A stretch of 64,000 nucleotides of DNA from Cyanobacteria bacterium P01_D01_bin.156 (GTDB lineage: Bacteria; Cyanobacteriota; Cyanobacteriia; Phormidesmidales; Phormidesmidaceae). Positions within the stretch are counted from its first letter, which is position 1, and the number at the start of each line of letters is the position of its first letter. The translations under genes were made by a program, and so were the position numbers. Below are positions 33,833 to 43,807 of the stretch, piece after piece. The stretch is from positions 181,354 through 245,353 of the forward strand of contig JBCCQQ010000002.1 of assembly GCA_039024555.1 (NCBI GenBank). Direction: 5' to 3'. The notes under the pieces were generated by a model that ran no database searches, was not told the DNA's origin, and worked only from the letters and a program-made list of their open reading frames with translations.

Positions 33833-34072
33833 TCAATCCGACAGTTGCCGATTATCCGTTGGAGGGCTAATGATCGCTTGCTCTTCCAATAATTTCAACA
33901 TTGTAATTAGGGTTTCTATTTTTGCCCCCTTGTAGCGCTTACGCTCACGCTGCTCCAAAGCTTGTTTACTAACCCCAAGTGCATTGGCAGCATCAGTCAT
34001 GGTAGGAAATACCAGCTTCCGAGCAGCAATTAATCTATCCGGTAAGGTCTCTAGCCAGTCAGATGCCTTCAT
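33833..34072 (-). CDS. Small XRE-type HTH protein, possibly a remnant
   Basis: LIAARK..TMTDAANALGVSKQALEQRE HTH pattern. Confidence 0.7.
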   Translation of the reverse strand: MKASDWLETLPDRLIAARKLVFPTMTDAANALGVSKQALEQRERKRYKGAKIETLITMLKLLEEQAIISPPTDNRQLSD

Positions 34073-34310
34073 AGTGACGTCAACCTATAGTTTGGCCAAC
34101 CAATATAGCCAATCAACTTTCAGGTGTCAACGGGGATCGCCTTGCAGCAAGGGATACAGCACTATACGGGATATCCATCACAATCCACTCAGCATGACAA
34201 ATAGCCATTAGCCAACGTCAAAAGCTTGTGACCATCCCAGGATTCATGGGAACGCTGAAAACAATGTAATAACATGCCCTGAATCGTTTCCAGCTCTAAG
34301 TTGCAACACT

Positions 34311-35357
34311 ATGATTAGCGTATTAGAACAGGTTGATCGCCTTGTAAGCTTAAGACCTGTCTTTAGCCGTTTTTTTCCAGATAAAGTCAGCTTAGATTTT
34401 TCAGTAGCAATTCCCACATATAACGGCGAGGAACGTCTACCCAGAGTGCTAGATTGTCTACGCTGGCAGCTCAATGCCCACGAATTAACCTGGGAAGTCA
34501 TCGTTATTGACAATAACAGTACCGATAACACCGCCAAAATTGTTGAGCAATATCAACGTGAGTGGGCTCAACAGATTCCCCTAAGGTATGAATTTGAGGC
34601 GAAACAAGGGGCTGGCTATGCTCGCCAAAAAGCAGTTCAAGTAGCCGCTAGTCCTCTAATTGGATTTTTAGATGACGATAATTTACCAGATATGACCTGG
34701 CTGATATCTGCCTATCAATTTGCCCAGCAATACCCTAGAGCTGGGGTAATCGCTAGCCGTATTCGAGGCAGTTTTGAAACAAAGCCCCCTAAAAGTTTTA
34801 GACGCATTGCCCCACTGCTAGCCCTGACTGAACGAGGCTCCGAACCAATGATTTACAGTCCTAGCCAAAGGGTGATTCCACCATCTGCTGGGATGGTAGT
34901 TCGACGGCAAGCATGGCTAGATAATGTACCTGAAGAATTGGTCCTTACAGGCCGTACAGAAAACAGTATGCTCACCGGAGAAGATACGGAATCTATTCTC
35001 CATATTCAAAAAGCAGGTTGGGAAGTCTGGTACAACCCTGATATGCGCCTACAGCATCAGATCCCGACTACGCGGTTAACTCGACAGTACTTGCAAAAAC
35101 TATGTCGTGGAATTGGTTTGAGTCGGTACCGTACTCGTATGCTGGGCTATGCTCCCTGGCAACGCTTGCCCATGCTATTGATTTACACAGGAAACGACAC
35201 TCGTAAAATTCTTTTACATTGCTTCCGTCATCGCCAGGACGTCCTGAGAGATGATGTCGCAGCTTGTGAGCTCACTCTTTATGTAGCCAGCCTAATGAGT
35301 CCCTTTTTTATGGCCCGTTACTATCTTCAACAGCATTTTCACAACAGAAAGAACTAG
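34311..35357 (+). CDS. hpsE: GT2 glycosyltransferase, HpsE-like (hormogonium polysaccharide)
   Basis: VAIPTYNG, IDNNSTD, FLDDD, GED, CRGIGLSRYRTRML. Confidence 0.8.
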   Translation: MISVLEQVDRLVSLRPVFSRFFPDKVSLDFSVAIPTYNGEERLPRVLDCLRWQLNAHELTWEVIVIDNNSTDNTAKIVEQYQREWAQQIPLRYEFEAKQGAGYARQKAVQVAASPLIGFLDDDNLPDMTWLISAYQFAQQYPRAGVIASRIRGSFETKPPKSFRRIAPLLALTERGSEPMIYSPSQRVIPPSAGMVVRRQAWLDNVPEELVLTGRTENSMLTGEDTESILHIQKAGWEVWYNPDMRLQHQIPTTRLTRQYLQKLCRGIGLSRYRTRMLGYAPWQRLPMLLIYTGNDTRKILLHCFRHRQDVLRDDVAACELTLYVASLMSPFFMARYYLQQHFHNRKN

Positions 35358-35484
35358 AAATGTAGCGTCTGCAAAATTATTGAAGAGATAGTGAGTCATC
35401 ACTCACAACACTTAGGGACACCAGTTGCTAAAACATAAAAGCTCACCTATAAATCGCCAACAACAAACTCTGCATGAAACAAAA

Positions 35485-36105
35485 CTATCGAGTCGCCGCC
35501 CGCTGTCGTTCTAAATATCCCTGGAGGCGAGCCACGTCCTCAGGCAAAACAACATTGAGCTTTCCAATGGTGGCAACACCATTCGTATCCAAAGTAATCT
35601 CCAGCCAATAGGCGTAGAGACTCCCTAAACGAACGTTACCCTGAGCTGAATTAGCGGTCGTCACTCTGTAGCCATCAAGTAGCTCTGACCGACGATAATC
35701 AGCATAAACTTCTGGTCCATACACGACTCTCAGCGCTTCTTCTAGTCGTTCCAATGTAACTGGCTCATCGTAATCAACGACGATGAATTCCTCACGACGA
35801 ATAATGTTTGTGTTCGGACGTTGGTTCAATGAGAATCCGCTATCGTTAGCAGGTTGCAACCCACCAATGGGTAAAACACTGGCTTGAAATGTAAACCGTC
35901 GGGATGGAACCTCGGCCCGATGGACTCGCAGCCCTTCACGACTTTCGGCTCGAAGTGTCGGGTGGCCCTGCATCCATGTTTTGGTTTCATCTACAGATTG
36001 CCCAGGCAAACCGTAGCTGGAACTGCCAGACAACACCCATGACATCCCCAGGGCAACTAGACCCAAGACTGTATGTTTTCTCATATGGTCAGGCAATAGG
36101 TACAA
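35485..36105 (-). CDS. Conserved hypothetical secreted protein
   Basis: Signal-like N-terminus, LPGQS..WMQGHPTL. Confidence 0.7.
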   Translation of the reverse strand: MYLLPDHMRKHTVLGLVALGMSWVLSGSSSYGLPGQSVDETKTWMQGHPTLRAESREGLRVHRAEVPSRRFTFQASVLPIGGLQPANDSGFSLNQRPNTNIIRREEFIVVDYDEPVTLERLEEALRVVYGPEVYADYRRSELLDGYRVTTANSAQGNVRLGSLYAYWLEITLDTNGVATIGKLNVVLPEDVARLQGYLERQRAATR

Positions 36106-36188
36106 CTGTAATTGATGTCGATTAGTCTGCCCAAGCTCGTCAAGTTTCTATGCTTTTTGCCATAGGAACATTACCTCAGCTGGTGAGG

Positions 36189-37685
36189 CTAAAGGGTACC
36201 AAACCCTTTTTTCTTTTTCTTTTTTTTGTTCTTTTTAGAACCCGCACTGTAGCCACGGAAGCCCGGTCGTGCGCCCCCGGGCATGCCCCCACCGGCCATA
36301 CCCGGCATGCCCCCCATGCCAGGCATTCCGCCCATACCAGGAAAACCACCACCCATACCGGGGAACCCGCCCATACCCGGCATTCCACCTTGGCCCATCT
36401 GTTTCATCATGGAGCGCATTTTCTGAAAATCGCTAACTAGCTTACTGATATCTTTATCTCCATAGCCGGATCCTTTGGCAATGCGACGACGACGACTGGG
36501 GGAATTAGCGAGTAAGTCAGGATCTTCCCGTTCCTGCTTAGTCATGGAATTAATCATGGCTTCGCAGCGGCGCAGTTGGGTTTCACCCTGTTGTAGCTGA
36601 TCGGCAGATAGTTTATTAGACATGCCTGGGATCAGTTTCATGATGCCGGTTAATGACCCCATATTTTTCATTAACCGGGTCTGTTTGAGAAAGTCGTTGA
36701 AATCAAACCGAGCTTCTAAAATCTTGGCTTGCAGCTTTTCCGCATCAGCGATGTCAACCTCTTCTTGGGCTTTTTCTACCAGGGTTAAAACATCTCCCAT
36801 GCCCAAGATGCGAGAGGCCATCCGGTCCGGGTAAAAGGGTTGTAAGGCTTCAACCTTTTCACCAATACCAATGAACTTAATCGGCTTACCAGAAATTTGG
36901 CGGATTGAAAGGGCTGCCCCTCCTCGGGAATCACCGTCCATTTTGGTCAAGATAGCACCGGTAATCCCAATCTGTTCGTGAAATGTGTGGGTTAAGGTAG
37001 CGGCCTCTTGGCCTGTCATCGCATCCACCACTAACAGCACCTCATCGGGACTGATAGCTGTTTTGACATTTCCTAGCTCAGCCATCATGTCCTGATCAAT
37101 TTGTAATCGACCAGCGGTATCCACAATTACCGTGTCAATACCGGCTTCTTTAGCCTTGGCAATACCGGCTTTGGCAATATCAACAGGATTGGCATCGGTG
37201 CCCATTTCAAACACCGGCACATCAATTTGGTTACCTAAGGTAATCAACTGATCAACCGCAGCTGGACGATAAACATCAGTAGCGACCAGCATGGCAGAAC
37301 GCTCTTGCTTACGCAGATGGAGCGCTAATTTAGCTGATGCTGTGGTTTTACCAGTACCTTGCAAACCCGCCATTAGAACCACCGTCGGTTTGGCATCTGC
37401 ATCCGCTAGGGGTTCATTAGCATCGCCCATCAGGGCAACCAATTCATCGTAAACAATTTTGATGAACTGTTGATCGGGAGCTACTCCAGCAACGACTTCA
37501 GCCCCCTGAGCTTTAGTCTGCACATCGGCAACAAAATCTTTAACGACGTTAAAGCTAACATCGGCTTCTAGCAATGCACGTCTAACTTCCCGCAGTGCCT
37601 CTTTTATATTGGAGTCCGAGATTTTATCCTGGCCGCGCAGGGTTTTCCAGGCGGATTCAAATCTTTCTGAGAGGGCTTCAAACAT
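36189..37685 (-). CDS. ffh: Signal recognition particle protein
   Basis: GLQGTGKTT, DTAGR, TKMDGD, M-domain and GGMPGMGG tail. Confidence 0.98.
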   Translation of the reverse strand: MFEALSERFESAWKTLRGQDKISDSNIKEALREVRRALLEADVSFNVVKDFVADVQTKAQGAEVVAGVAPDQQFIKIVYDELVALMGDANEPLADADAKPTVVLMAGLQGTGKTTASAKLALHLRKQERSAMLVATDVYRPAAVDQLITLGNQIDVPVFEMGTDANPVDIAKAGIAKAKEAGIDTVIVDTAGRLQIDQDMMAELGNVKTAISPDEVLLVVDAMTGQEAATLTHTFHEQIGITGAILTKMDGDSRGGAALSIRQISGKPIKFIGIGEKVEALQPFYPDRMASRILGMGDVLTLVEKAQEEVDIADAEKLQAKILEARFDFNDFLKQTRLMKNMGSLTGIMKLIPGMSNKLSADQLQQGETQLRRCEAMINSMTKQEREDPDLLANSPSRRRRIAKGSGYGDKDISKLVSDFQKMRSMMKQMGQGGMPGMGGFPGMGGGFPGMGGMPGMGGMPGMAGGGMPGGARPGFRGYSAGSKKNKKKKKKKGFGTL

Positions 37686-37823
37686 GGGAAAAGGAAGAAA
37701 TCAAGTAAACCGGAGTATGTTCCATACTAATCGCTTTACCTGCGTCAGGGACATAGGATTGAGGAAGTGGGGAGCACTAGGGCAAACACTTGCTATGCTG
37801 CTCTAGATGCAAATTGCAGAGCG

Positions 37824-38792
37824 ATGAATGGTGACAAACAACGAGCACCAAATAATCGAACCTTAGTCCTGCGGGATGAGGATCGCCAACTCTATGGCAA
37901 ACGATTGGTAACACTGGACAGGGTAATGCCGTCCCAGACTCTGCAGAATATCACCCTTTGCCAAGATACTTTTACGGCGTTGCCCTTCTTGCCGGATAGC
38001 TTTGTCGATTTATTAGTTGTAGATCCACCTTACAACCGGTCTAAGGTGTTCAATCAGGCTAGTTTTAACCGTCGTTCACCGGCTGATTATGAAACCTGGT
38101 TGGACAGCTGGATGTCCCAGGTAATCCGCTTGCTTAAGCCTAATGCGTCAGCCTATGTTTGCTGCGATTGGCAATCATCACCGATGGTGTACAGCATTTT
38201 TTCAAAGTATTTTATTGTGCGCAATCGCATTACCTGGGAACGGGAAAAAGGGCGGGGATCAAAATACAACTGGAAAAATTCATCGGAAGACATTTGGTTT
38301 GGCACGCGGTCGGAGAATTATTGGTTTGATGTCGATGCTGTCAAACTAAAGCGCCGAGTATTGGCACCCTATCGCGATCGCAATGGCAACCCTAAAGACT
38401 GGAAATCCACAGAGGATGGAAACTTTCGCGTGACTCATCCTTCGAATTTATGGACCGATATTTCCATTCCTTTTTGGTCCATGCCAGAAAACACCGATCA
38501 CCCTACTCAAAAACCCGAGAAGCTAATCGCCAAAATAATTTTGGCCAGCAGTCAACTTGGAGATCTCGTCTTTGATCCCTTTTTAGGATCAGGAACAACA
38601 TCGGTCGTCGCCAAGAAATTAAATCGTCAATATATTGGCATCGAACTGGATAGAGACTACGCCTGCATTGCTGAAAAACGATTAGCTCTAGCTGAACTAC
38701 AGCCGTACATCCAGGGATATACGGGGGGCTATTTTTGGGAACGTAATAGTACACCTTCTCAGCAGCAGGCTCGACGGCAGCCCAAACCTTGA
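37824..38792 (+). CDS. Orphan N6-adenine/N4-cytosine DNA methyltransferase (beta class)
   Basis: DPPY precedes HPTQKP and DPFLGSGTT; likely start 37824. Confidence 0.92.
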   Translation: MNGDKQRAPNNRTLVLRDEDRQLYGKRLVTLDRVMPSQTLQNITLCQDTFTALPFLPDSFVDLLVVDPPYNRSKVFNQASFNRRSPADYETWLDSWMSQVIRLLKPNASAYVCCDWQSSPMVYSIFSKYFIVRNRITWEREKGRGSKYNWKNSSEDIWFGTRSENYWFDVDAVKLKRRVLAPYRDRNGNPKDWKSTEDGNFRVTHPSNLWTDISIPFWSMPENTDHPTQKPEKLIAKIILASSQLGDLVFDPFLGSGTTSVVAKKLNRQYIGIELDRDYACIAEKRLALAELQPYIQGYTGGYFWERNSTPSQQQARRQPKP

Positions 38793-39376
38793 TCCGACCT
38801 CAAGGTTTGTACATCTATACCGACAAAAAATATTAGTTAATCGAACTCGGCTTTAGCTTTAATCACTCCATGCCCAAAAAGTCATTAACTTTTCTAAAAA
38901 CTCCTGCGTAAAGGCTTCGGGTTCCATTGTGGATAATACATAATAAAAACAATTAATTTGCGACTATAAACGTCTGGATCGCCATAGCTGAAAGATTTTG
39001 AGTTCTTAATTCTTATTGAGAATTGATTAAATAATCAACCTCAATTGTTTTATTAACTGCCTAATGTTAGTGATTTTCTTGTCGTCACAGGCTTTTGAGC
39101 ATAGGGCGCTTGCTAAATTTAAGCTCGATCTCTAAAGCTAATTGCTTTTTCTAACGGCAGTAGCGATATCGTTGTCAGTCGTTAGGAATGCTTAAGAAAA
39201 TCATCTCTAAATTTTGCGGCTCCAGACGTTGTTGTCCGTAATTTGAAATAGCAGCTTAAAGCTACCAATCATCTGCAGCAGCAGAGCATATTTAACAAAT
39301 GTGTTCTGGCTTTTGAGAAGGCTTTTTTGTTCAAGGCAAACGCCACGGTTCGTACGAAGGGCAGAGAAAATCAGCA

Positions 39377-40009
39377 ATGGGTGCATTTAAATTCAAGCAA
39401 CTCAGTCAACAAGGGCTCTTAATATTGGCAGGGATGACTTTGCTGGGTGGTCTTAAAGCCGTTAGTGATTTTGGCAGTGTTGCCGATGCTGTTGTATCTC
39501 AGCCTACGGTTGAAACTCAGAGTAGCTCAGAGTTCTCCATTTGCAGTCAAGCTGTTGATTGGCAACGCCCTAGCCTCGATCAGCAACAAAAACAGTTAAC
39601 GACGAACGAGCGCTATGGCGGTCTGCTTGAGGATAAAGCATTTCAGCAACTCGCTAATCAGTTCTGGCAATATGAAATTTTGAGCTTCACCACCTATGGC
39701 CTGAGTGCTCGTATGGAGCCAATCAATTTATCGGGGTTATGGTCAGTCGCTGATGATGTTTGGAACCAATGCTATGCCCATGACGAAGGCAGTGCTATCA
39801 ACGATGGAACCTTGGCTGAAGCATGGTTAATGAATCATCAAGTTGTTGACTTACAGTGGCAAGATAACCGCTACATCATGACCGTAGAACCTAGAGCTAG
39901 AGGTATGCAGGTCGTGCAGTTTACCCGTAGAGAACAGGCATCTGAACTACCGCTAACCATCGTTACCTCTCAGGGAAATAGTGTGAACCATTACGATGCA
40001 GATTGGTAA
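39377..40009 (+). CDS. Hypothetical exported protein
   Basis: N-terminal hydrophobic segment, 210-aa ORF. Confidence 0.7.
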   Translation: MGAFKFKQLSQQGLLILAGMTLLGGLKAVSDFGSVADAVVSQPTVETQSSSEFSICSQAVDWQRPSLDQQQKQLTTNERYGGLLEDKAFQQLANQFWQYEILSFTTYGLSARMEPINLSGLWSVADDVWNQCYAHDEGSAINDGTLAEAWLMNHQVVDLQWQDNRYIMTVEPRARGMQVVQFTRREQASELPLTIVTSQGNSVNHYDADW

Positions 40010-40020
40010 TCGCTGGGGAT

Positions 40021-40074
40021 ATTGAGTACGTTCGGCGGATTGCGCCGATTGAGTACATTCGGTAGATTGCACCG
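40021..40074. repeat. Imperfect 27-bp tandem duplication
   Basis: ATTGAGTACGTTCGGCGGATTGCGCCG followed by ATTGAGTACATTCGGTAGATTGCACCG. Confidence 0.85.
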
Positions 40075-40170
40075 CAGTTTCCCAGGGTATCGACACCGGG
40101 CAGTACAATGGAGTATCGCTCATCACTCACCCTGGGGATCGTGCCCTGCGCATTGACATCCAACAGCGCT

Positions 40171-41808
40171 ATGACCACCACCTTATCTTCGCCAGCAAAC
40201 CTTGATAACGCCGTCGAGCAACGTCGTAACTTTGCGATTATTTCCCACCCGGACGCTGGCAAAACAACGTTGACGGAAAAACTGCTTCTCTATGGAGGTG
40301 CTATCCATGAAGCGGGGTCTGTCAAAGCCCGTCGGGCTCAACGGCATGCTGTTTCTGACTGGATGGAGCTGGAGCAGCAGCGGGGAATTTCGATTACCTC
40401 AACGGTGCTGCAATTTAACTACAGTGGCTATCGTATTAACCTGCTAGATACTCCAGGACACCAAGACTTTAGCGAGGATACCTATCGCACCCTGGCGGCG
40501 GCAGACAATGCCGTGATGTTGGAGGACGCGGCTAAGGGCCTAGAGCCCCAGACGCGCAAACTGTTTGAAGTGTGCAAAATGCGGGGACTACCGATTTTCA
40601 CATTTTTCAATAAGCTAGATCGCCCCGGACAAGAGCCTCTAGCCCTGCTGGATGAAATTGAAAAGGAACTGGAGCTGTTCACCTATGCGGTCAACTGGCC
40701 TATCGGCATGGGGGATCGGTTTAAAGGAGTATTTGATCGACGACAAAAACAGGTGCACTTATTTGAGCGTGCAGCCCACGGTAGCAAGGCAGCTGAAGAT
40801 ACTGTTCTAGAGTGGGGCGATCCTCGCATTGAGGAACTGATTAACGATGATGAGGTATATGAGCAATTCTTAGAAGAATTGGAAATGTTGGATGAGCTAG
40901 GACCTGAGCTTGATTTAGAGCTGGTCCACAGCGGAGAAATGACGCCAGTTTTCTTTGGCAGTGCCATGACTAATTTTGGTGTGGAACTGTTTTTACAGTC
41001 ATTTTTAGACTTTGCTCTTAAACCAGGTCCACGGGAAAGTACCGTTGGGATGGTTCCTCCCAATCGAGAAGAGTTTTCTGGGTTTGTGTTTAAGCTACAA
41101 GCCAACATGGATCCCAAACATCGCGATCGCGTTGCCTTTGTCAGGATCTGTTCCGGAAAATTTGAGAAGGACATGGTGGTCAACCACGCACGTTCCGGAA
41201 AAAACGTACGTCTCTCCCATCCACAAAAGTTATTTGGACAAGGACGAGAGTCGCTGGACGCCGCCTACCCCGGCGATGTGATCGGTCTCAACAACCCAGG
41301 CGTATTTGCTATTGGAGACACCATTTACCAAGGTAAAAAGCTCGAATATGAAGGGATCCCCTTCTTCTCTCCTGAACTGTTTGCCTACTTAAAAAATCCC
41401 AACCCGTCTAAGTTTAAGCAATTTCGTAAAGGAGTCATAGAGCTCAGGGAAGAAGGCGCGGTACAAATCATGTACTCTGCTGACGAAGCCAAGCGAGACC
41501 CGATCTTAGCGGCGGTGGGGCAGCTCCAGTTTGAAGTGGTGCAGTTTCGTTTGAGAAACGAGTACAACGTAGACACCATGGTCGAAATGTTGCCCTACAG
41601 CGTAGCTCGATGGGTCACTGGCGGCTGGTCAGCCTTGGAAGCGGCTGGTCGTTTGTTTAATACGGTAACCGTTAAGGATAGCTATGGCCGTCCGGTCCTG
41701 CTGTTCCGCAACGAGTGGAACTGTCAGCAAGTAGAAGGAGAACATCCTAAACTGGCGTTGAGTAAAACAGCGCCTGTGGTCTCCGGTAAAGAACCCGACG
41801 AGATTTAG
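40171..41808 (+). CDS. prfC: Peptide chain release factor 3
   Basis: [38 protein letters not shown]; likely start 40171. Confidence 0.97.
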   Translation: MTTTLSSPANLDNAVEQRRNFAIISHPDAGKTTLTEKLLLYGGAIHEAGSVKARRAQRHAVSDWMELEQQRGISITSTVLQFNYSGYRINLLDTPGHQDFSEDTYRTLAAADNAVMLEDAAKGLEPQTRKLFEVCKMRGLPIFTFFNKLDRPGQEPLALLDEIEKELELFTYAVNWPIGMGDRFKGVFDRRQKQVHLFERAAHGSKAAEDTVLEWGDPRIEELINDDEVYEQFLEELEMLDELGPELDLELVHSGEMTPVFFGSAMTNFGVELFLQSFLDFALKPGPRESTVGMVPPNREEFSGFVFKLQANMDPKHRDRVAFVRICSGKFEKDMVVNHARSGKNVRLSHPQKLFGQGRESLDAAYPGDVIGLNNPGVFAIGDTIYQGKKLEYEGIPFFSPELFAYLKNPNPSKFKQFRKGVIELREEGAVQIMYSADEAKRDPILAAVGQLQFEVVQFRLRNEYNVDTMVEMLPYSVARWVTGGWSALEAAGRLFNTVTVKDSYGRPVLLFRNEWNCQQVEGEHPKLALSKTAPVVSGKEPDEI

Positions 41809-41818
41809 CACTAGGGCT

Positions 41819-43000
41819 ATGCAAATCTATTTAGATTACAGTGCTACAACACCGGTGCGGCCAGAAGCGATCGCAACCATTGAATCAGCGATGAAAACAA
41901 GCTGGGGTAATCCCTCCAGCCTTCACGATTGGGGCAACCGATCCGCCACCACCCTAGAAATTGCCCGGATGCAGGTGGCGAATCTCATTGGTGCTACTGC
42001 CAATGCCATTGTGTTTACTGCCAGTGGTTCTGAGGCTAACAACTTGGCCATTACGGGGGTGGCCCAACAGTACCGAAAGCCAAGGCACATGGTGATTTCA
42101 GCAGTGGAGCACTCCGCTGTTTCTAGGCCAGCAGAGCGTTTGGAACAGTTAGGCTGGGACATTACCCGTCTGCCCGTGGACCGTTACGGTCAGGTATCCC
42201 CAACGGATTTAGCCGCGGCCCTACGTGAGGACACAGTACTTGTATCAGTCATCTATGGCCAAAGCGAAGTGGGTACTGTGCAACCCCTTACAGACCTCGC
42301 TGCCGTCATTCGAGACAGCCATTGGCAACCTCTATTTCATACCGATGCTGTACAGGTAGCCGGACGCTTGCCTATTGATGTAGAAGCATTAGGCGTAAAT
42401 TTACTATCGATATCTAGCCATAAGATCTACGGTCCCCAGGGAGCAGGAGCACTGTACATTGAACCCGGCACTGACTTAGTACCACTGATCAATGGCGGTG
42501 GTCAGGAAAACCAGTTGCGTTCTGGGACTCAAGCCGTACCAACGATTGCAGGCTTTGGCATCGCGGCAGAACTGGCCACACAAGAGCTGGAGCAAGAGCA
42601 ACAGCGGTTGTTAAGATTACGCGATCGCTTAATTCATCAACTACGGTCAAACTCTGAACTTGTCCTCACAGGCCACCCTCAGCAACGCTTACCTCACCAT
42701 GTCAGCTTTTACTTACCCAATGCGGATGGTAAGCGAGTTTCGGGAAAAACCCTCGTACGTCAGTTAAACCTGGCTGGAATCGGCATCAGTGCTGGTTCAG
42801 CGTGCCATAGCGGTAAGCTCACCCCCAGCCCGATTCTCAAAGCCATGGGGTTGAGTGATGCCGCCGCAACAACCGGTATTCGCCTTACCCTAGGGCATCA
42901 GACCACAGAAGCCGATGTAGATTGGGCAGCCATGGCCTTAAAGCAGATTGTTGATCGGGTGATGATTCACCATCACCCTGTCGCCGTGGGGCTGAAATAA
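41819..43000 (+). CDS. Cysteine desulfurase (IscS/NifS family)
   Basis: YLDYSATTP, GNPSS, HTDAVQ, SSHKIYGPQG, SAGSAC. Confidence 0.95.
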   Translation: MQIYLDYSATTPVRPEAIATIESAMKTSWGNPSSLHDWGNRSATTLEIARMQVANLIGATANAIVFTASGSEANNLAITGVAQQYRKPRHMVISAVEHSAVSRPAERLEQLGWDITRLPVDRYGQVSPTDLAAALREDTVLVSVIYGQSEVGTVQPLTDLAAVIRDSHWQPLFHTDAVQVAGRLPIDVEALGVNLLSISSHKIYGPQGAGALYIEPGTDLVPLINGGGQENQLRSGTQAVPTIAGFGIAAELATQELEQEQQRLLRLRDRLIHQLRSNSELVLTGHPQQRLPHHVSFYLPNADGKRVSGKTLVRQLNLAGIGISAGSACHSGKLTPSPILKAMGLSDAAATTGIRLTLGHQTTEADVDWAAMALKQIVDRVMIHHHPVAVGLK

Positions 43001-43042
43001 ATTGAATACAATAGGGGTAGGTTGCCTCACCGTCAGCTAGCC

Positions 43043-43372
43043 ATGATCACAGCTCGGGAGAAACTGGATTTTACAGTGCATCCGCCACCAAATTTAGTAG
43101 TTGAGGTAGACAACAGCAGTTCATCGTTAAATAAGTTTCCAATTTATACAGCGCTGAAAATGCCAGAGATCTGGAGGCTGCAACAGGGTTTATAACCATC
43201 TACCAATTGAATGAGGACACTAGCGGCTTATGAAGCAGTGGTCCGTAGCATGGAATTTCCACAATTTCCTGTGCAGGAGTTACCACTATTTATGGCATAG
43301 GCCAAAGTGATTGGTCAGCGGGCAACCATAAGAGAATTGGTCAAACGTGTACAAAACGTCTTAAGGGCTTAA
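43043..43372 (+). pseudogene. Uma2 endonuclease C-terminal remnant with frameshifts and stops
   Basis: LDFTVHPPPNLVVEVDNSSSSLNKFPIYTALKMPEIWR then stop; continues in other frames (..RSMEFPQFPVQELP..*AKVIGQRATIRE). Confidence 0.75.
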
Positions 43373-43390
43373 TTTCTGGAGGGGCTCAAC

Positions 43391-43462
43391 ATGATTGCTA
43401 GCCAGGACTATCTAACAATTGCTGAATATTTAGCGTTTGAGAAAACTAGCCCAATCACTCAC
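43391..43462 (+). pseudogene. N-terminal fragment of a second Uma2 gene
   Basis: GGAGG upstream then MIASQDYLTIAEYLAFEKTSPITH, a typical Uma2 start, cut off abruptly. Confidence 0.6.
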
Positions 43463-43668
43463 AGTCTTTGCAATCTGGCTTTAGCCTGAGTAAGGTTTAT
43501 TCCTCTCAAATTCGCATTAGTGAAGTTTGTACTACAGATATCAGCTCCGCTGAAGTCTGCATCTGACAAGTCTTTGCGTTTAGAATTCTCTCCTCTGAGG
43601 CTTTCTCTCCTCTGAGGCTTTCTCTCCTCTGAGGCTTTCTCTCCTAAAGTCGCGCCGACCTGCTTCAT
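43459..43668 (-). pseudogene. Pentapeptide-repeat gene fragment
   Basis: LRGENSKRKDLSDADFSGADICSTNFTNANLRGINLTQAKARLQ then stop. Confidence 0.65.
43586..43645. repeat. 17-bp perfect tandem repeat (3.5 copies)
   Basis: (TTCTCTCCTCTGAGGCT)x3 + TTCTCTCCT. Confidence 0.95.
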
Positions 43669-43807
43669 ACAGTCGCAATAATTCAGCCGCTTTCACACTC
43701 TCGCTCCACACCCCGAACACACTTACATCTATCAAGTCCAATTGTCGCTTTTCCTAACGGCCCCTCACGTTTTACCCTAATAAAGGTGACGAGCGAAAAA
43801 TCTAACC

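Noticed and set aside
36273..36393. Tandem GGMPGMGG-coding repeats
   Set aside because: Ordinary low-complexity C-terminal tail of cyanobacterial Ffh
39330..39376. GGCAAAC motif suggesting a c-di-GMP-I riboswitch
   Set aside because: The second conserved GCAAA stem-loop and overall architecture are missing
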